Program-made: the position numbers and the translations under genes
Shown here: one piece after another, positions 6,459-15,644 of the stretch
Numbering within the stretch: position 1 is the stretch's first letter
Layout: the number at the start of each line of letters is the position of its first letter
From: a virus
IMG/VR virus record: IMGVR_UViG_3300019469_000046
Span: 1-37,037 of that record
DNA: 37,037 nucleotides
Direction: 5' to 3' (one strand)
Notes under the pieces: model-generated
Told to the model about the DNA's origin: nothing
What the model saw: only the letters and a program-made list of their open reading frames with translations
The model's database searches: none

Positions 6459-7529
6459 TTACCCCTCCTTGGATTTCAAGATTTCATCCTTTACTGCTTT
6501 TTGAATATAAGATTTTAAGTCATTCTCGATTGCTTCACGATCGGCTGCTGAAAGCCTAGTTTCGGTATCGGTTGGTTTAGCCAGTTGATTATCTACTGAT
6601 TGATTTTCAGTCGTGACTAAGGCGCCATCATCTCCGAAATTATACTGTGATCCCTCAATTTCTTGTTTTCCAGTTAGCATCCAGGCATTATCAGGATCGA
6701 AATAGTATTCCTTGCCATTAATTTTTTGCCAACCAGTCAGTGCTGCACCAAACGAACCATCATGATTAGTGTTGAAATAATACCAATGGTCATTAATCTT
6801 TTGCCAGTTAGTTAAGACATTTCCAGAAGTATCTAGGTAGTACCATTTATTATCAACTTTTCGCCAAGCACTCTTAACTGGCAACCCATTTTCGTAGTAT
6901 TGCCAAGTATCACCGTTATCTTGCCAACCATTGTTACTGCCACTTGGGTTAGTAATCTTTTGCCAGGCTTCCTTAGTTAAGTAGAAGATGCTTCGGTCCA
7001 TATCGCCACCGGTAAATTGCCATCCAGTTAGAGCACTGAACGCGCCAGAACTAACACTCATATTTGGCAAAGTCCAACTATTCCAGTTCATCGAGGCATA
7101 TTTGGCAACCCAAGCCCCACAATATTTAGCACAGTTAGCAACCTGCCATAATGCCGATTCTTGAACATAAATTAGCGGCCATACTCCAGTAAGCCGATGA
7201 ACCTCAGTAACAAAGCGCAAAGACCAGTTAGTATCACCCCAAGAACTATTTTGATATGATTCCCAGTCAAGGATAAGAATTCCTTGACCAATATAGTTCT
7301 TGATGTTGTTAATGAAGTATTGTGCTTCGGCTTCCGGATTGCCACCGCCAGCATAGTGATACAGGCCGCGCAGTTTACCAAGTTGACCGGCTAAATCCCA
7401 TTGGTGATTGCATCGAGGGTTAACGTATGTAGTCCCTTGCGTAGCTTTAACAATCACTCCATCGGCATGGCTATCTCGAATAATACTGTCTGAACTACCA
7501 GAATAAACATCTACTGTATACAATGCCAT
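6459..7529 (-). CDS. Endolysin: GH25 muramidase with C-terminal aromatic cell-wall-binding repeats
   Basis: N-terminus VDVYSGSS...GVIVKATQGTTYVNP...GLYHYA is GH25-like. C-terminus has repeated W..YY..G...TGWQKI motifs. Confidence 0.85.
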   Translation of the reverse strand: MALYTVDVYSGSSDSIIRDSHADGVIVKATQGTTYVNPRCNHQWDLAGQLGKLRGLYHYAGGGNPEAEAQYFINNIKNYIGQGILILDWESYQNSSWGDTNWSLRFVTEVHRLTGVWPLIYVQESALWQVANCAKYCGAWVAKYASMNWNSWTLPNMSVSSGAFSALTGWQFTGGDMDRSIFYLTKEAWQKITNPSGSNNGWQDNGDTWQYYENGLPVKSAWRKVDNKWYYLDTSGNVLTNWQKINDHWYYFNTNHDGSFGAALTGWQKINGKEYYFDPDNAWMLTGKQEIEGSQYNFGDDGALVTTENQSVDNQLAKPTDTETRLSAADREAIENDLKSYIQKAVKDEILKSKEG

Positions 7530-7531
7530 TG

Positions 7532-7948
7532 CTAGTCAGCCCCCTTCATTAAATCATTAGCGCGGTTGGGTGCGGTTTGAATGGCAACCTTAACTGGATC
7601 TTCAACAGTTAAACCAGTCAGATCAGATTTTTCATAAGCTGCTTGCACCGCTGACTCAATTGCTTTGACATCAACATTCTTAAAGCCTTGCTTATTCAAA
7701 GCATCTTGAACAATCGTTGTTGCTTGATTGAACTTAGCATCACCTGTCATCTGTGCATTAACTAGTGAACTAACCGCAGTGTCAGCCACCTGCTCAATAA
7801 ACGACCAAAGTTCCTTTGATTGTGCTGTTTTAGCGTGTAGTGCCCGTGCATGAATCAAATTTTTAGCATACATCAACGCATAAAAAATAGCGGTTGAGAT
7901 AACTGCTGTGATTACGTATTCCGGAATTACATTAATGATCGTGTTCAT
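7532..7948 (-). CDS. Holin-like protein (LL-H type); start uncertain (7948 or 7978)
   Basis: N-terminal TM segment (YVITAVISTAIFYALMY) followed by a long polar tail. Immediately upstream of the endolysin. Confidence 0.55.
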   Translation of the reverse strand: MNTIINVIPEYVITAVISTAIFYALMYAKNLIHARALHAKTAQSKELWSFIEQVADTAVSSLVNAQMTGDAKFNQATTIVQDALNKQGFKNVDVKAIESAVQAAYEKSDLTGLTVEDPVKVAIQTAPNRANDLMKGAD

Positions 7949-8351
7949 CCTTATTATTTCCTTTCTTATAATCATCACTTAACTTGTAAATATAAGGCTT
8001 AACCCAGCTAGGCAATGGTAATCCCATTTGCCCCCAGTTTTCCACAATAGATACTGCATAATATAATATGTAAAAGCTTATAAAAGTATCACCTGCTTTA
8101 CTCATACCGTTAGCATCCAACATTGGATAGAGTGTCAGAATCACCAAGGTTAAAACCCCATGCTTGATTAATCCGGTAATTCCTTTAGTTGAGGTTGTCC
8201 GTTTTGTAACTAGACTCTTTGCAAATCCAGTAACAATATCAATGATGACCGCCCAAACAAACAACCAAATCAAAGGATTATCTTCCATACTCTGAAAATG
8301 CAAAAAATACATCTGATGATACGGAATTGATAATGCTGTTAACAACTGCAA
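7932..8351 (-). CDS. Holin (multi-TM, Phage_holin_4-like)
   Basis: Motifs DIVTGFAKS...SVENWGQMGLPLP and three TM segments. TTG start 6 nt after GGGGGAAGG. Confidence 0.7.
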   Translation of the reverse strand: MQLLTALSIPYHQMYFLHFQSMEDNPLIWLFVWAVIIDIVTGFAKSLVTKRTTSTKGITGLIKHGVLTLVILTLYPMLDANGMSKAGDTFISFYILYYAVSIVENWGQMGLPLPSWVKPYIYKLSDDYKKGNNKDEHDH

Positions 8352-8488
8352 TGGCTACCTTCCCCCTTTTTTAGATGCAAATATAAATAACAGCCGCCCA
8401 TAATAAAAGTGGGCGATTGCGTTTAATTTTGAACGCTTTCGCACGCTTATTTATGTATTGTGTATTTCTTTGGCGACTATATAGTTTA

Positions 8489-8629
8489 TTACGCTACTGG
8501 TTGAATGATTTGATTAGCTTGTTCTTGTGACAAGTTGCCTACTTCAACAAACAGTTTGATGTCGTCGACAGTAAATAATTTCATCTCGTAATAATTCTTG
8601 TAGACATTGAACATTACATCGTTAGCCAT
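8489..8629 (-). CDS. XkdX-like small phage protein (46 aa)
   Basis: GGAGGTAATCAC-ATG. Translation MANDVMFNVYKNYYEMKLFTVDDIKLFVEVGNLSQEQANQIIQPVA fits the XkdX pattern and sits between the fibre and lysis genes. Confidence 0.5.
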   Translation of the reverse strand: MANDVMFNVYKNYYEMKLFTVDDIKLFVEVGNLSQEQANQIIQPVA

Positions 8630-8640
8630 GTGATTACCTC

Positions 8641-9009
8641 CTACTTAACTTTTGATTTCAATTCAGCAATGCTATTTATAATCGTTGCGTTAACCGTTGC
8701 TTGCATGTTGACCTGTTTCTGTAAATCAGCATTGGCTTTCATCAAGTCAGCCATTAATTGTTGTTGAGTGCTTGGTTGATTACTATTGTCACCATTGTAA
8801 GGTTTAGATCTAAGCCAGTCATCTTTATTCTCACCAAACCAATCTTGTTGGTCTGCATTAAACTTTGGAACTCCGAAAAGCCCATCTTTTGGTTGAACGA
8901 AAGTTTGACCAGGACCTAATGTGGTACCTTTATCAACTAAAACAGTACCAGTTAGTTTGTTGTTATTATTTGTATCATATAACCACACTTGAACTTTATT
9001 ATTATTCAT
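8641..9009 (-). CDS. Hypothetical tail-fibre-module protein (122 aa)
   Basis: ORF in operon register with a coiled-coil-like C-terminus. Confidence 0.5.
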   Translation of the reverse strand: MNNNKVQVWLYDTNNNNKLTGTVLVDKGTTLGPGQTFVQPKDGLFGVPKFNADQQDWFGENKDDWLRSKPYNGDNSNQPSTQQQLMADLMKANADLQKQVNMQATVNATIINSIAELKSKVK

Positions 9010-9021
9010 TCCTTAGTCTCC

Positions 9022-9489
9022 TTATTTTAAGACACCAACTGGTGATGTAAACGGCATACTAAACAAGATATGTGCGCTAGGGTCATGGATCTGTGCCGTA
9101 TCATTATTCAACGTTGTCCATAATCCTAATTGAGTATTATTCTCAGATAAATTGCATAACATCGGCACCCGAGCATCACTACTATTTGGGAAGACCATAA
9201 CGTTTTGTGCAATTGTTGAGTTGGAAAAATCTACTCGTGATGCCAACGGGTTAGTCGAAAAGTTGATGTTCTTCCAACTGTTAGCTGGGAAAGTCACCCA
9301 GCCGAAAATACGGCCAATCACCATCACGTTATTGTAGAAAATATGGCTACCAACCCAACCACCACAACCATTAAGCAGTGTTCCACCATATGTCTCATAG
9401 TGCCAGTTTGATAATGTATTTAATTTAGCAAAATTTGCATTTACCTTACCAGCCCATTGTCGATTTTTACTGATTTGTTCTAAATTCAT
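9022..9489 (-). CDS. Hypothetical tail-fibre-module protein (155 aa)
   Basis: ORF in operon register downstream of the RBP-like gene. Confidence 0.5.
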   Translation of the reverse strand: MNLEQISKNRQWAGKVNANFAKLNTLSNWHYETYGGTLLNGCGGWVGSHIFYNNVMVIGRIFGWVTFPANSWKNINFSTNPLASRVDFSNSTIAQNVMVFPNSSDARVPMLCNLSENNTQLGLWTTLNNDTAQIHDPSAHILFSMPFTSPVGVLK

Positions 9490-9499
9490 ATTCTACCTC

Positions 9500-10618
9500 C
9501 TAGTGATGTCCAACTATGCTGCCGCCACCGACAATGTTTCCACCATACTTATCAGCATCGGTTTGACTGTTAGAACCAGTTCCACTACCTGGATTAACTG
9601 TTGTTCCACCACCTGGGTTAACTGTTACTCCACCACCTGGATTAACTGTTGTTCCACCACCTGGATTAACTGTTGTTCCACCACCTGGATTAACTGTTGC
9701 TCCACCACCTGGATTAACTGGATAGAGATCAGCATCGCTACCAAATTGTGTAGTCATGTACCAGCGTTCCCATGTGCCATTGTTCTTAACACGAATAAAT
9801 TCATTGCCGTCCCTATCAACAAACGTTTGCACAATCGGACTAGAACCGAAGGTTTTGAGCACGCCACCGGCGTTCTTGGACTCACTTGGGGCTCCAGGAA
9901 CGTTAGCTGGAATAAGGTAAACTTTAGGTTCAGTAGCACTATCAAGACTACCAGACCATTCAATTCCAGAATCAACTCCTGAAACGTAGTTATGCATTTC
10001 TTCAATAGTTGGAACCGCATTTTGCTTAATGAGGTTAGTATAGGTGTCAAGTTCAGTCTTCAGTGCTGTCGTAGCATCCGAGATTTGGTCAAATCGGTTG
10101 GTAATATTACCAATTTCTTTCATTTTCTGATCGACATACGACTGAAGTTGAGCTACCGCTCGATCCATATCAGTTTCAAATGGTTTTGCGTTGACTCCCA
10201 TTTCAACTAAGTTTGGTAGAACATTTAATTGCACGCCAACAGTTGAAATTTTTTGTCCCTTACCATCGTCAATGTAGAAATACGTCCCGTTTGGATCCCA
10301 TTGTCCTTCTACTTGGAACATACCTGCTGGCCAATAGAAATTTACTTTGCCCACTTGTTCGTTAGCACCCGGCAGGTCATAGGCAGTCCAACCAACGCCG
10401 GCAAATCGTTTACCATTTGGAGCAATTCCTTCAAAGCCGACATTATAGTTAGTTAGGTCTTGGGGTAAGCCATGATGCCTAAATTGTAGGTTAACCGTTG
10501 CTAAACTGTCAGCTACTCGTCCTTGAAAGCGTGGTGTTAAGTTAACATAGGTTGTTGTGTCATTGTCATCGGTACCTTTATCAAGGTCCAAGACAACGTA
10601 TTTATTATTTGCAGCCAA
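9500..10618 (-). CDS. BppU-N-like baseplate/receptor-binding protein with C-terminal (T/V)VNPGGG repeats
   Basis: N-terminus YVVLDLDKG...RFQGRVADS...GLPQDLTNYNVGFEGIAPNGKRF resembles the BppU N-domain. Six heptad Gly-rich repeats lie near the C-terminus. Confidence 0.6.
   Translation of the reverse strand: MAANNKYVVLDLDKGTDDNDTTTYVNLTPRFQGRVADSLATVNLQFRHHGLPQDLTNYNVGFEGIAPNGKRFAGVGWTAYDLPGANEQVGKVNFYWPAGMFQVEGQWDPNGTYFYIDDGKGQKISTVGVQLNVLPNLVEMGVNAKPFETDMDRAVAQLQSYVDQKMKEIGNITNRFDQISDATTALKTELDTYTNLIKQNAVPTIEEMHNYVSGVDSGIEWSGSLDSATEPKVYLIPANVPGAPSESKNAGGVLKTFGSSPIVQTFVDRDGNEFIRVKNNGTWERWYMTTQFGSDADLYPVNPGGGATVNPGGGTTVNPGGGTTVNPGGGVTVNPGGGTTVNPGSGTGSNSQTDADKYGGNIVGGGSIVGHH
9588..9720. repeat. 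About 6.3 tandem copies of a 21-bp unit (CCTGGATTAACTGTTGTTCCAC-like), in frame within the RBP-like gene
   Basis: Read directly. Units differ at 1-2 positions and encode TVNPGGG. Confidence 0.9.
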
Positions 10619-10629
10619 TTGCTTCCCTC

Positions 10630-11070
10630 CTAGTTAAGATAAATTTTGACGTAACTTAAAAGCCGGTCTAACAATGCGTTAGCCGACTTAAAATTGCTAT
10701 TTAGTTGTTCATAGTATGGCGAGTCAAGCATTAATCGCTCTGGCAACCAAAGAACTAAGTAGTCAGTATTTTGATCCGTGATTTCATCTATTAATTCATG
10801 AGCATTATACACATCAACTAACAAGTTCAGATTTGATTGTGATTGTCTTGTCAGTTTGATTGTCCAAAGATAAACCGAACGGTTTAACTTATTTTCCGGG
10901 TTATCTAATACTGGTATTTTTAGATTAAATTGCTCGTCAACATCCATAAAAGTATTACTAACAGCGTTCACTAAAAAGGCTATTTTATCGTAAACTTGCT
11001 GTGTGTAATTCGTATACGTTGAAATCAATTCACTATTTGTTGGAATGTCCTGATACGCTGTCCAAATCAT
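10630..11070 (-). CDS. Hypothetical protein (146 aa) in the fibre module
   Basis: ORF whose start overlaps the upstream stop (ATGA-type overlap at 11067-11070). Confidence 0.5.
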   Translation of the reverse strand: MIWTAYQDIPTNSELISTYTNYTQQVYDKIAFLVNAVSNTFMDVDEQFNLKIPVLDNPENKLNRSVYLWTIKLTRQSQSNLNLLVDVYNAHELIDEITDQNTDYLVLWLPERLMLDSPYYEQLNSNFKSANALLDRLLSYVKIYLN

Positions 11071-11627
11071 GAGTGTTCACCAGCATATACCGTATGCCAT
11101 TTAGTCCAAGTTCCTGCTGAGTATCCTCTGGTGTAGACAGCACCAGTCTGCATATCAATAATTTGCTGGGTGGCATAGACACCGTTTAGCCAGCCAATCA
11201 CCTGTAAGGAAAACAGATGTGTTTCAATACCGACAGCCGGTTTAGACCAAGGACCGTTCTTTGGAAGAATATTTGTCCCAATGTAGAAATTATTTTCCGT
11301 GTAATCGTTCAAATCATCATTGGCCGTAATTTCCTGAGTAGTCGTCATAGAACCGGGAATCCCCTTCAGCGACACTTGTGGCACGTTATCGATATAAAGC
11401 ATGCTATTTCGAACTTCCACCTTCGGTGAATGACCATCCTTACCATTTAGACCGGATGGGCCCGGATCACCCTTCTCAACCATTGCCCAATATTGGGTAT
11501 CGGTTGGAGCAATTTTTCGATTAGACCGTACCACAACAAAAGTTTTTCCACCAAAATTAACTACATTTAAGACTTCATAGTCTTCATTAGGGTTATAATT
11601 ACCCTTTAATTCAATGCTCGTTGACAT
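11067..11627 (-). CDS. Tail fibre-like protein with a short collagen-like segment
   Basis: GDPGPSGLNGKDG Gly-X-Y run. N-terminal domain is paralogous to that of 11646-12512. Confidence 0.55.
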   Translation of the reverse strand: MSTSIELKGNYNPNEDYEVLNVVNFGGKTFVVVRSNRKIAPTDTQYWAMVEKGDPGPSGLNGKDGHSPKVEVRNSMLYIDNVPQVSLKGIPGSMTTTQEITANDDLNDYTENNFYIGTNILPKNGPWSKPAVGIETHLFSLQVIGWLNGVYATQQIIDMQTGAVYTRGYSAGTWTKWHTVYAGEHS

Positions 11628-11645
11628 TTTTTCACCCCCCCATTT

Positions 11646-12512
11646 TTATCCACCAACTACAGTTCCACCACTAATAATTCCACCATCATCGTTTTTTAGC
11701 AAAATCCAATCTTGCCAACTAATCGGATGAGCATCCTCAGGCCCAGTAGTCTGACTTGTGTCTGACCAAAAACCGTAACGATAAAAAATGTGTGGCTTTT
11801 TGTTATAAGTCACACATTTAGAAATTTGAAAGCACGCTGTGGAATTACAGTACGTTGTGACGAATGCCATCATCAGCTCTGGCAAAGTTTCTCCACCGGT
11901 AAGTGACATCCATTTCCCAGTTAGTGATGGAATCCCCGTCGTATCTTTCAAAGATGAAAGCATGATAACCACGTCTTCATGCACCCCGTAAGTAAATTTT
12001 ACTTGATCAAAGTTCTTATATGAATTGCTTTCATCAATCGCTAATACACCGGAATTACCACTACTGTTAGCAGCACTGGCAGCTGATAAAGCATCAGTTG
12101 CTTTTTTCATTGCCGCTGACGCTGCGCTTTGGGCCTGACCAACAGTCTTAGCTAACGCCGCAATAGCCGTACTGTTACTAGCTACTCCAGCTTGAGCAAC
12201 TCGCGCCGCTGACATGGCATTGCCATCACTAGCAGGTGCAGCACTCTGTACTTTAGCATCAACATACTGTTCAAGTTGGGCTTTTAGATTAGCAATGGTG
12301 GTTGAATCAACCGTTCCATTTTGGCCATCCTTTCCCGCCTTAGCTAACAATTTCCAATGACTGGTATCAGTTGGCATAATGTTTTGTGCATCTACAATAC
12401 AAACATACGATGATCCGTTATATGTGACTTCATCTAAGTAAGTATACGACTTACTAGCATCATAATCTCCAGTAAAATTCATTAAAACTCGGCCTAGATT
12501 TTCTGTTGCCAT
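11646..12512 (-). CDS. Tail fibre-like protein
   Basis: N-terminus YTYLDEVTYNGSSYVCIV...TSHWKLLAKAGKDGQNG is paralogous to 11067-11627. Ala/Ser-rich coiled region and Gly-rich C-terminal tail. Confidence 0.55.
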   Translation of the reverse strand: MATENLGRVLMNFTGDYDASKSYTYLDEVTYNGSSYVCIVDAQNIMPTDTSHWKLLAKAGKDGQNGTVDSTTIANLKAQLEQYVDAKVQSAAPASDGNAMSAARVAQAGVASNSTAIAALAKTVGQAQSAASAAMKKATDALSAASAANSSGNSGVLAIDESNSYKNFDQVKFTYGVHEDVVIMLSSLKDTTGIPSLTGKWMSLTGGETLPELMMAFVTTYCNSTACFQISKCVTYNKKPHIFYRYGFWSDTSQTTGPEDAHPISWQDWILLKNDDGGIISGGTVVGG

Positions 12513-13270
12513 TAGGCACCTCCTACTGTCATTACTAAGTTACCGTTGTCTAAGCTGAAGTGACAGCTCTGTGCCACCTTAACCGCTACGGCATCAGCAA
12601 TGGAACCGTTTGACTGTTCATCAACTTTTACAATTAGATTGCCGGTCGATGAATCAATTTGCACTCTCAGGTGCTGTTTAATTAATTCAGCAATTGCTTG
12701 GGTGGACAATCTAGCATCACCGCTAGTTGATGATGTTCCGTCTCTACCGTGTAGTGATTGTAACCATTCGGTCTGTGAACCAGTAAAGCCATTATCTACT
12801 GCAATCTCATAAGCTGATTTACCATCATGCCCAGCGGGTCCCGGTGTTAAAGAGATGTTCCGTAAGTCCTGTTTAGTAGCTAAATCAGGTTTATTCGTGA
12901 CTTGGGTCCAGTCTAACGAAGTAACAGTCCCAAATGAACTTAACTGACTCAATCGGGTATTCAACTCTGATTTGGTAACTAAATCAGGCTTATTAAGAAT
13001 ATTGGCCCATTCAATACTAGAAATTGCAGGACTAGTTTGCGAAAGATATGGCCGCAATAACGGCACAAGTTTAATTGCATCATCTTCGGTATATATTCGT
13101 CCGAATATCGTATCTGTTACATGAAAGCTTGCTCCATTATCAGATGAATAGCCACGTCCAAAGATACCCGTTTTGGTATCAAACCCAAGTTCACCAATAA
13201 TTACTCGAAGATTATTCGCTATTTTCATCTGAGCTTCGCTGTCCGCTATGCTGCTGAATATATTGCGCAA
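12512..13270 (-). CDS. Tail fibre-like protein
   Basis: PGPAGHDGKSAYEIAVDNGFTGSQTEWLQSLHGRDG is a motif common in phage fibres. Start may be internal because it overlaps the Tal 3' end. Confidence 0.55.
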   Translation of the reverse strand: MRNIFSSIADSEAQMKIANNLRVIIGELGFDTKTGIFGRGYSSDNGASFHVTDTIFGRIYTEDDAIKLVPLLRPYLSQTSPAISSIEWANILNKPDLVTKSELNTRLSQLSSFGTVTSLDWTQVTNKPDLATKQDLRNISLTPGPAGHDGKSAYEIAVDNGFTGSQTEWLQSLHGRDGTSSTSGDARLSTQAIAELIKQHLRVQIDSSTGNLIVKVDEQSNGSIADAVAVKVAQSCHFSLDNGNLVMTVGGA

Positions 13271-14813
13271 TTTTATCTGCTTCCTCCTTCGTAATGGTCA
13301 AGACATTATTGAATGGGATATTTGTATTATGTGGATTGCTATGAATAGCATCTTTTGCCGCATTATCACGGTTATTCCATTCATCAGGGCCAAAAATCTT
13401 ATTACCAAACGTAATGGTATCTGTTTGAGTAGTCGTTGGATCTTTGTATTGGGTAAAACTCTGAATACGTACATTAACATCAATTCCAAAACGATCGCGT
13501 AACCAACCGTTGTTACCAATTGCAATATCATTATTAATACCACTTAAACTATTTTTAAAACTTACCCAATCCATCGTATATTCAATATCCGGATAATCAT
13601 GAAGTTGGGCTTTCATAGCATCTTTCAAGACACTTTCATCCGTAATAGTGTCACTTGTAAATGGATCAGCCCAGATTTTACCCCACTTCTTGTCATCTGC
13701 CATCGGGCTATAATACTCTGCCTGACAGGTATATTGTGGTTGCTGGTTAGTAGTATCACTTGTTGACGAATCATCAGAACTGCTACCTTGAACTTTAGCA
13801 GCCATTTGAGGATTGCGGACACCAAAAGCCGGTGGCCAAGCACTAATTGCTTGTATAACCGTCCCTCGTTCAGGATTTGCTGCCATTTCAAGAGTATTAC
13901 TATCAAGAGCTAAGGCTACATGATAAGTTGCACCCCTAGCACCCCAAAAAAGCATATCGCCTTCTTGATACGGTGGACCAACTACCTTACCTTGGTATTC
14001 CTCATAAGTAGTTGGTTGATGCATCGAAATACCAAAATGATTGTAAACATAGGCTACAAATCCAGAGCAATCCCACCCACTTGGTGTATTACCACCCCAT
14101 ACATAAGGTGTACCAGCATATTGACGGGCAAATGAAGCTACTACTCCACTACCACCACCTGAATTTCCACCACTAGGATTTTCTTGTTCAATTTCTTTTC
14201 CAGTTCCTTTAATAGCCGTTTCAATTGAAGTGTAATCTTCATTAACTTGGATTTTTGAAGCGTTAATCTTGTCAATAAAAACAAATGAATTGTCTTTGCC
14301 AATCTTAGTTGCCAAATGAATCGTGGTGTTATCAAACCAGAATTCAACATGGAAAGCTTCAGCAATTGAATTAAGCACATCGTCAGCGTGCGCATTACCC
14401 AAGGCATTTGAACCAAAATCATGATCGCCAACATTACCATCAATCGAATAATGGAATTTACTTCCGGAAACTAAAAAATCACAGCAAGCCTTTAACGATT
14501 GGCTACCTGTGATTGTCTTATCTAAATACATATCGTGTAAGTCATGGGCAATGTGAATTGTCGTTACCGCATATATTCGATAATTATTCGTTGGAACTGG
14601 ATTAGATGTTGCAATTCGATATTGCTGTCCGGTCGTAGGATCCGTAATAATAGCACGCGGTGTAATCATCTTTTCCGCTGCTTCGTTATCTTCGTTAGCA
14701 ATAAAACTGAAATTTAGTGTTGGATATGATTTAAGCGTATCAGTTACAGCTACATCGTAAGCATGAACTGCTGTTACATCACCCGCTGGTGAACGAATCG
14801 GTAAGCTAAGCAA
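13212..14813 (-). CDS. Tail-associated lysin (Tal): prophage-tail endopeptidase scaffold with an embedded NlpC/P60 domain
   Basis: N-terminus MLSLPIRSPAGDV...TLNFSF is typical of siphovirus Tal. YAGTPYVWGGNTPSGWDCSGFVAYVY...YHVALAL is the NlpC/P60 Cys-His core. Confidence 0.75.
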   Translation of the reverse strand: MLSLPIRSPAGDVTAVHAYDVAVTDTLKSYPTLNFSFIANEDNEAAEKMITPRAIITDPTTGQQYRIATSNPVPTNNYRIYAVTTIHIAHDLHDMYLDKTITGSQSLKACCDFLVSGSKFHYSIDGNVGDHDFGSNALGNAHADDVLNSIAEAFHVEFWFDNTTIHLATKIGKDNSFVFIDKINASKIQVNEDYTSIETAIKGTGKEIEQENPSGGNSGGGSGVVASFARQYAGTPYVWGGNTPSGWDCSGFVAYVYNHFGISMHQPTTYEEYQGKVVGPPYQEGDMLFWGARGATYHVALALDSNTLEMAANPERGTVIQAISAWPPAFGVRNPQMAAKVQGSSSDDSSTSDTTNQQPQYTCQAEYYSPMADDKKWGKIWADPFTSDTITDESVLKDAMKAQLHDYPDIEYTMDWVSFKNSLSGINNDIAIGNNGWLRDRFGIDVNVRIQSFTQYKDPTTTQTDTITFGNKIFGPDEWNNRDNAAKDAIHSNPHNTNIPFNNVLTITKEEADKIAQYIQQHSGQRSSDENSE

Positions 14814-14825
14814 ATAATCATCCCC

Positions 14826-15644
14826 TTAGTAATAAAAGCGTGTATCAAACTTGATCGTAAAGTTACTGGCTCCATCAATATGTAGCTTATTGATTCCCGT
14901 TGCGAAATCAATGAAACCATGATTGCCAGCATCATAGTTTTGCACACCGTTAATCGTCGGCATCACACCCTCAATTGTTAGCTTGTCACTAACAGTGAGA
15001 GTTTTTTTATATTGAAAGGATTGCCCAGTTGTCTGATTTGTTATGGTAATTCCATTTGAAGCATCACCCTGAAAATCAATCTTAACTGGATGTTCTTCTG
15101 CCGTAAGCCTAATAATTCCAGCATTTAGGAAATCAAAGTCCCTCTGATTGATAAATGAATACCGAAGCTCATAACTTGGTGTTTCCATTCCAAAGCTGAT
15201 TCCTTTACCGATATTTTTGTCAAAATCTTGAGTTGTATAAGTACTTTCAGCGTATCCTGTTGGACAGTCTAAGTTAATTTGCACGTTAGATGCTCGCCAG
15301 AAACTGTTATCGCGACTCACATTGGCCGCCTCAGCATATACTTTCCAACGAATATCACTGTTGGCTGCATCATAGACATAAAACGGTTCGTGGCTTTGAA
15401 GCATTCGATTAAGCTTCATTCGTTGTAGAAACAGGTCGTTGGAATCAATCGCCAATACATTCAAGGTTAACGGAATAACCAGCTGTTGTGCTTGGACCCC
15501 AGTCATCAATGCTCCATACTGGCCAATCTGTTGGTAGTTGTAACTATAGTTAGTTGTCGGTACATCAAACTTCTTTACTCGAAAGCCAAGCTGATCTAAG
15601 TCAAACACGGTTCCATCTAATTTTTGAAAAATTATTGTACTCAC
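14826..15644 (-). CDS. Distal tail protein (Dit)
   Basis: 272 aa, lying directly between the tape measure and Tal. Siphovirus tail-component-like N-terminus. Confidence 0.65.
   Translation of the reverse strand: MSTIIFQKLDGTVFDLDQLGFRVKKFDVPTTNYSYNYQQIGQYGALMTGVQAQQLVIPLTLNVLAIDSNDLFLQRMKLNRMLQSHEPFYVYDAANSDIRWKVYAEAANVSRDNSFWRASNVQINLDCPTGYAESTYTTQDFDKNIGKGISFGMETPSYELRYSFINQRDFDFLNAGIIRLTAEEHPVKIDFQGDASNGITITNQTTGQSFQYKKTLTVSDKLTIEGVMPTINGVQNYDAGNHGFIDFATGINKLHIDGASNFTIKFDTRFYY

Noticed and set aside
9588-9720. Regular short repeats that could be mistaken for a CRISPR array
   Set aside because: The units are contiguous 21-mers with no spacers. They lie in frame inside a 372-aa ORF and translate to a TVNPGGG repeat. 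No cas genes are present.
9500-14813. Diversity-generating retroelement acting on the fibre/RBP genes
   Set aside because: There is no reverse transcriptase ORF anywhere in the genome. No template/variable repeat pair was seen. The paralogy between fibre N-termini is at protein level only.
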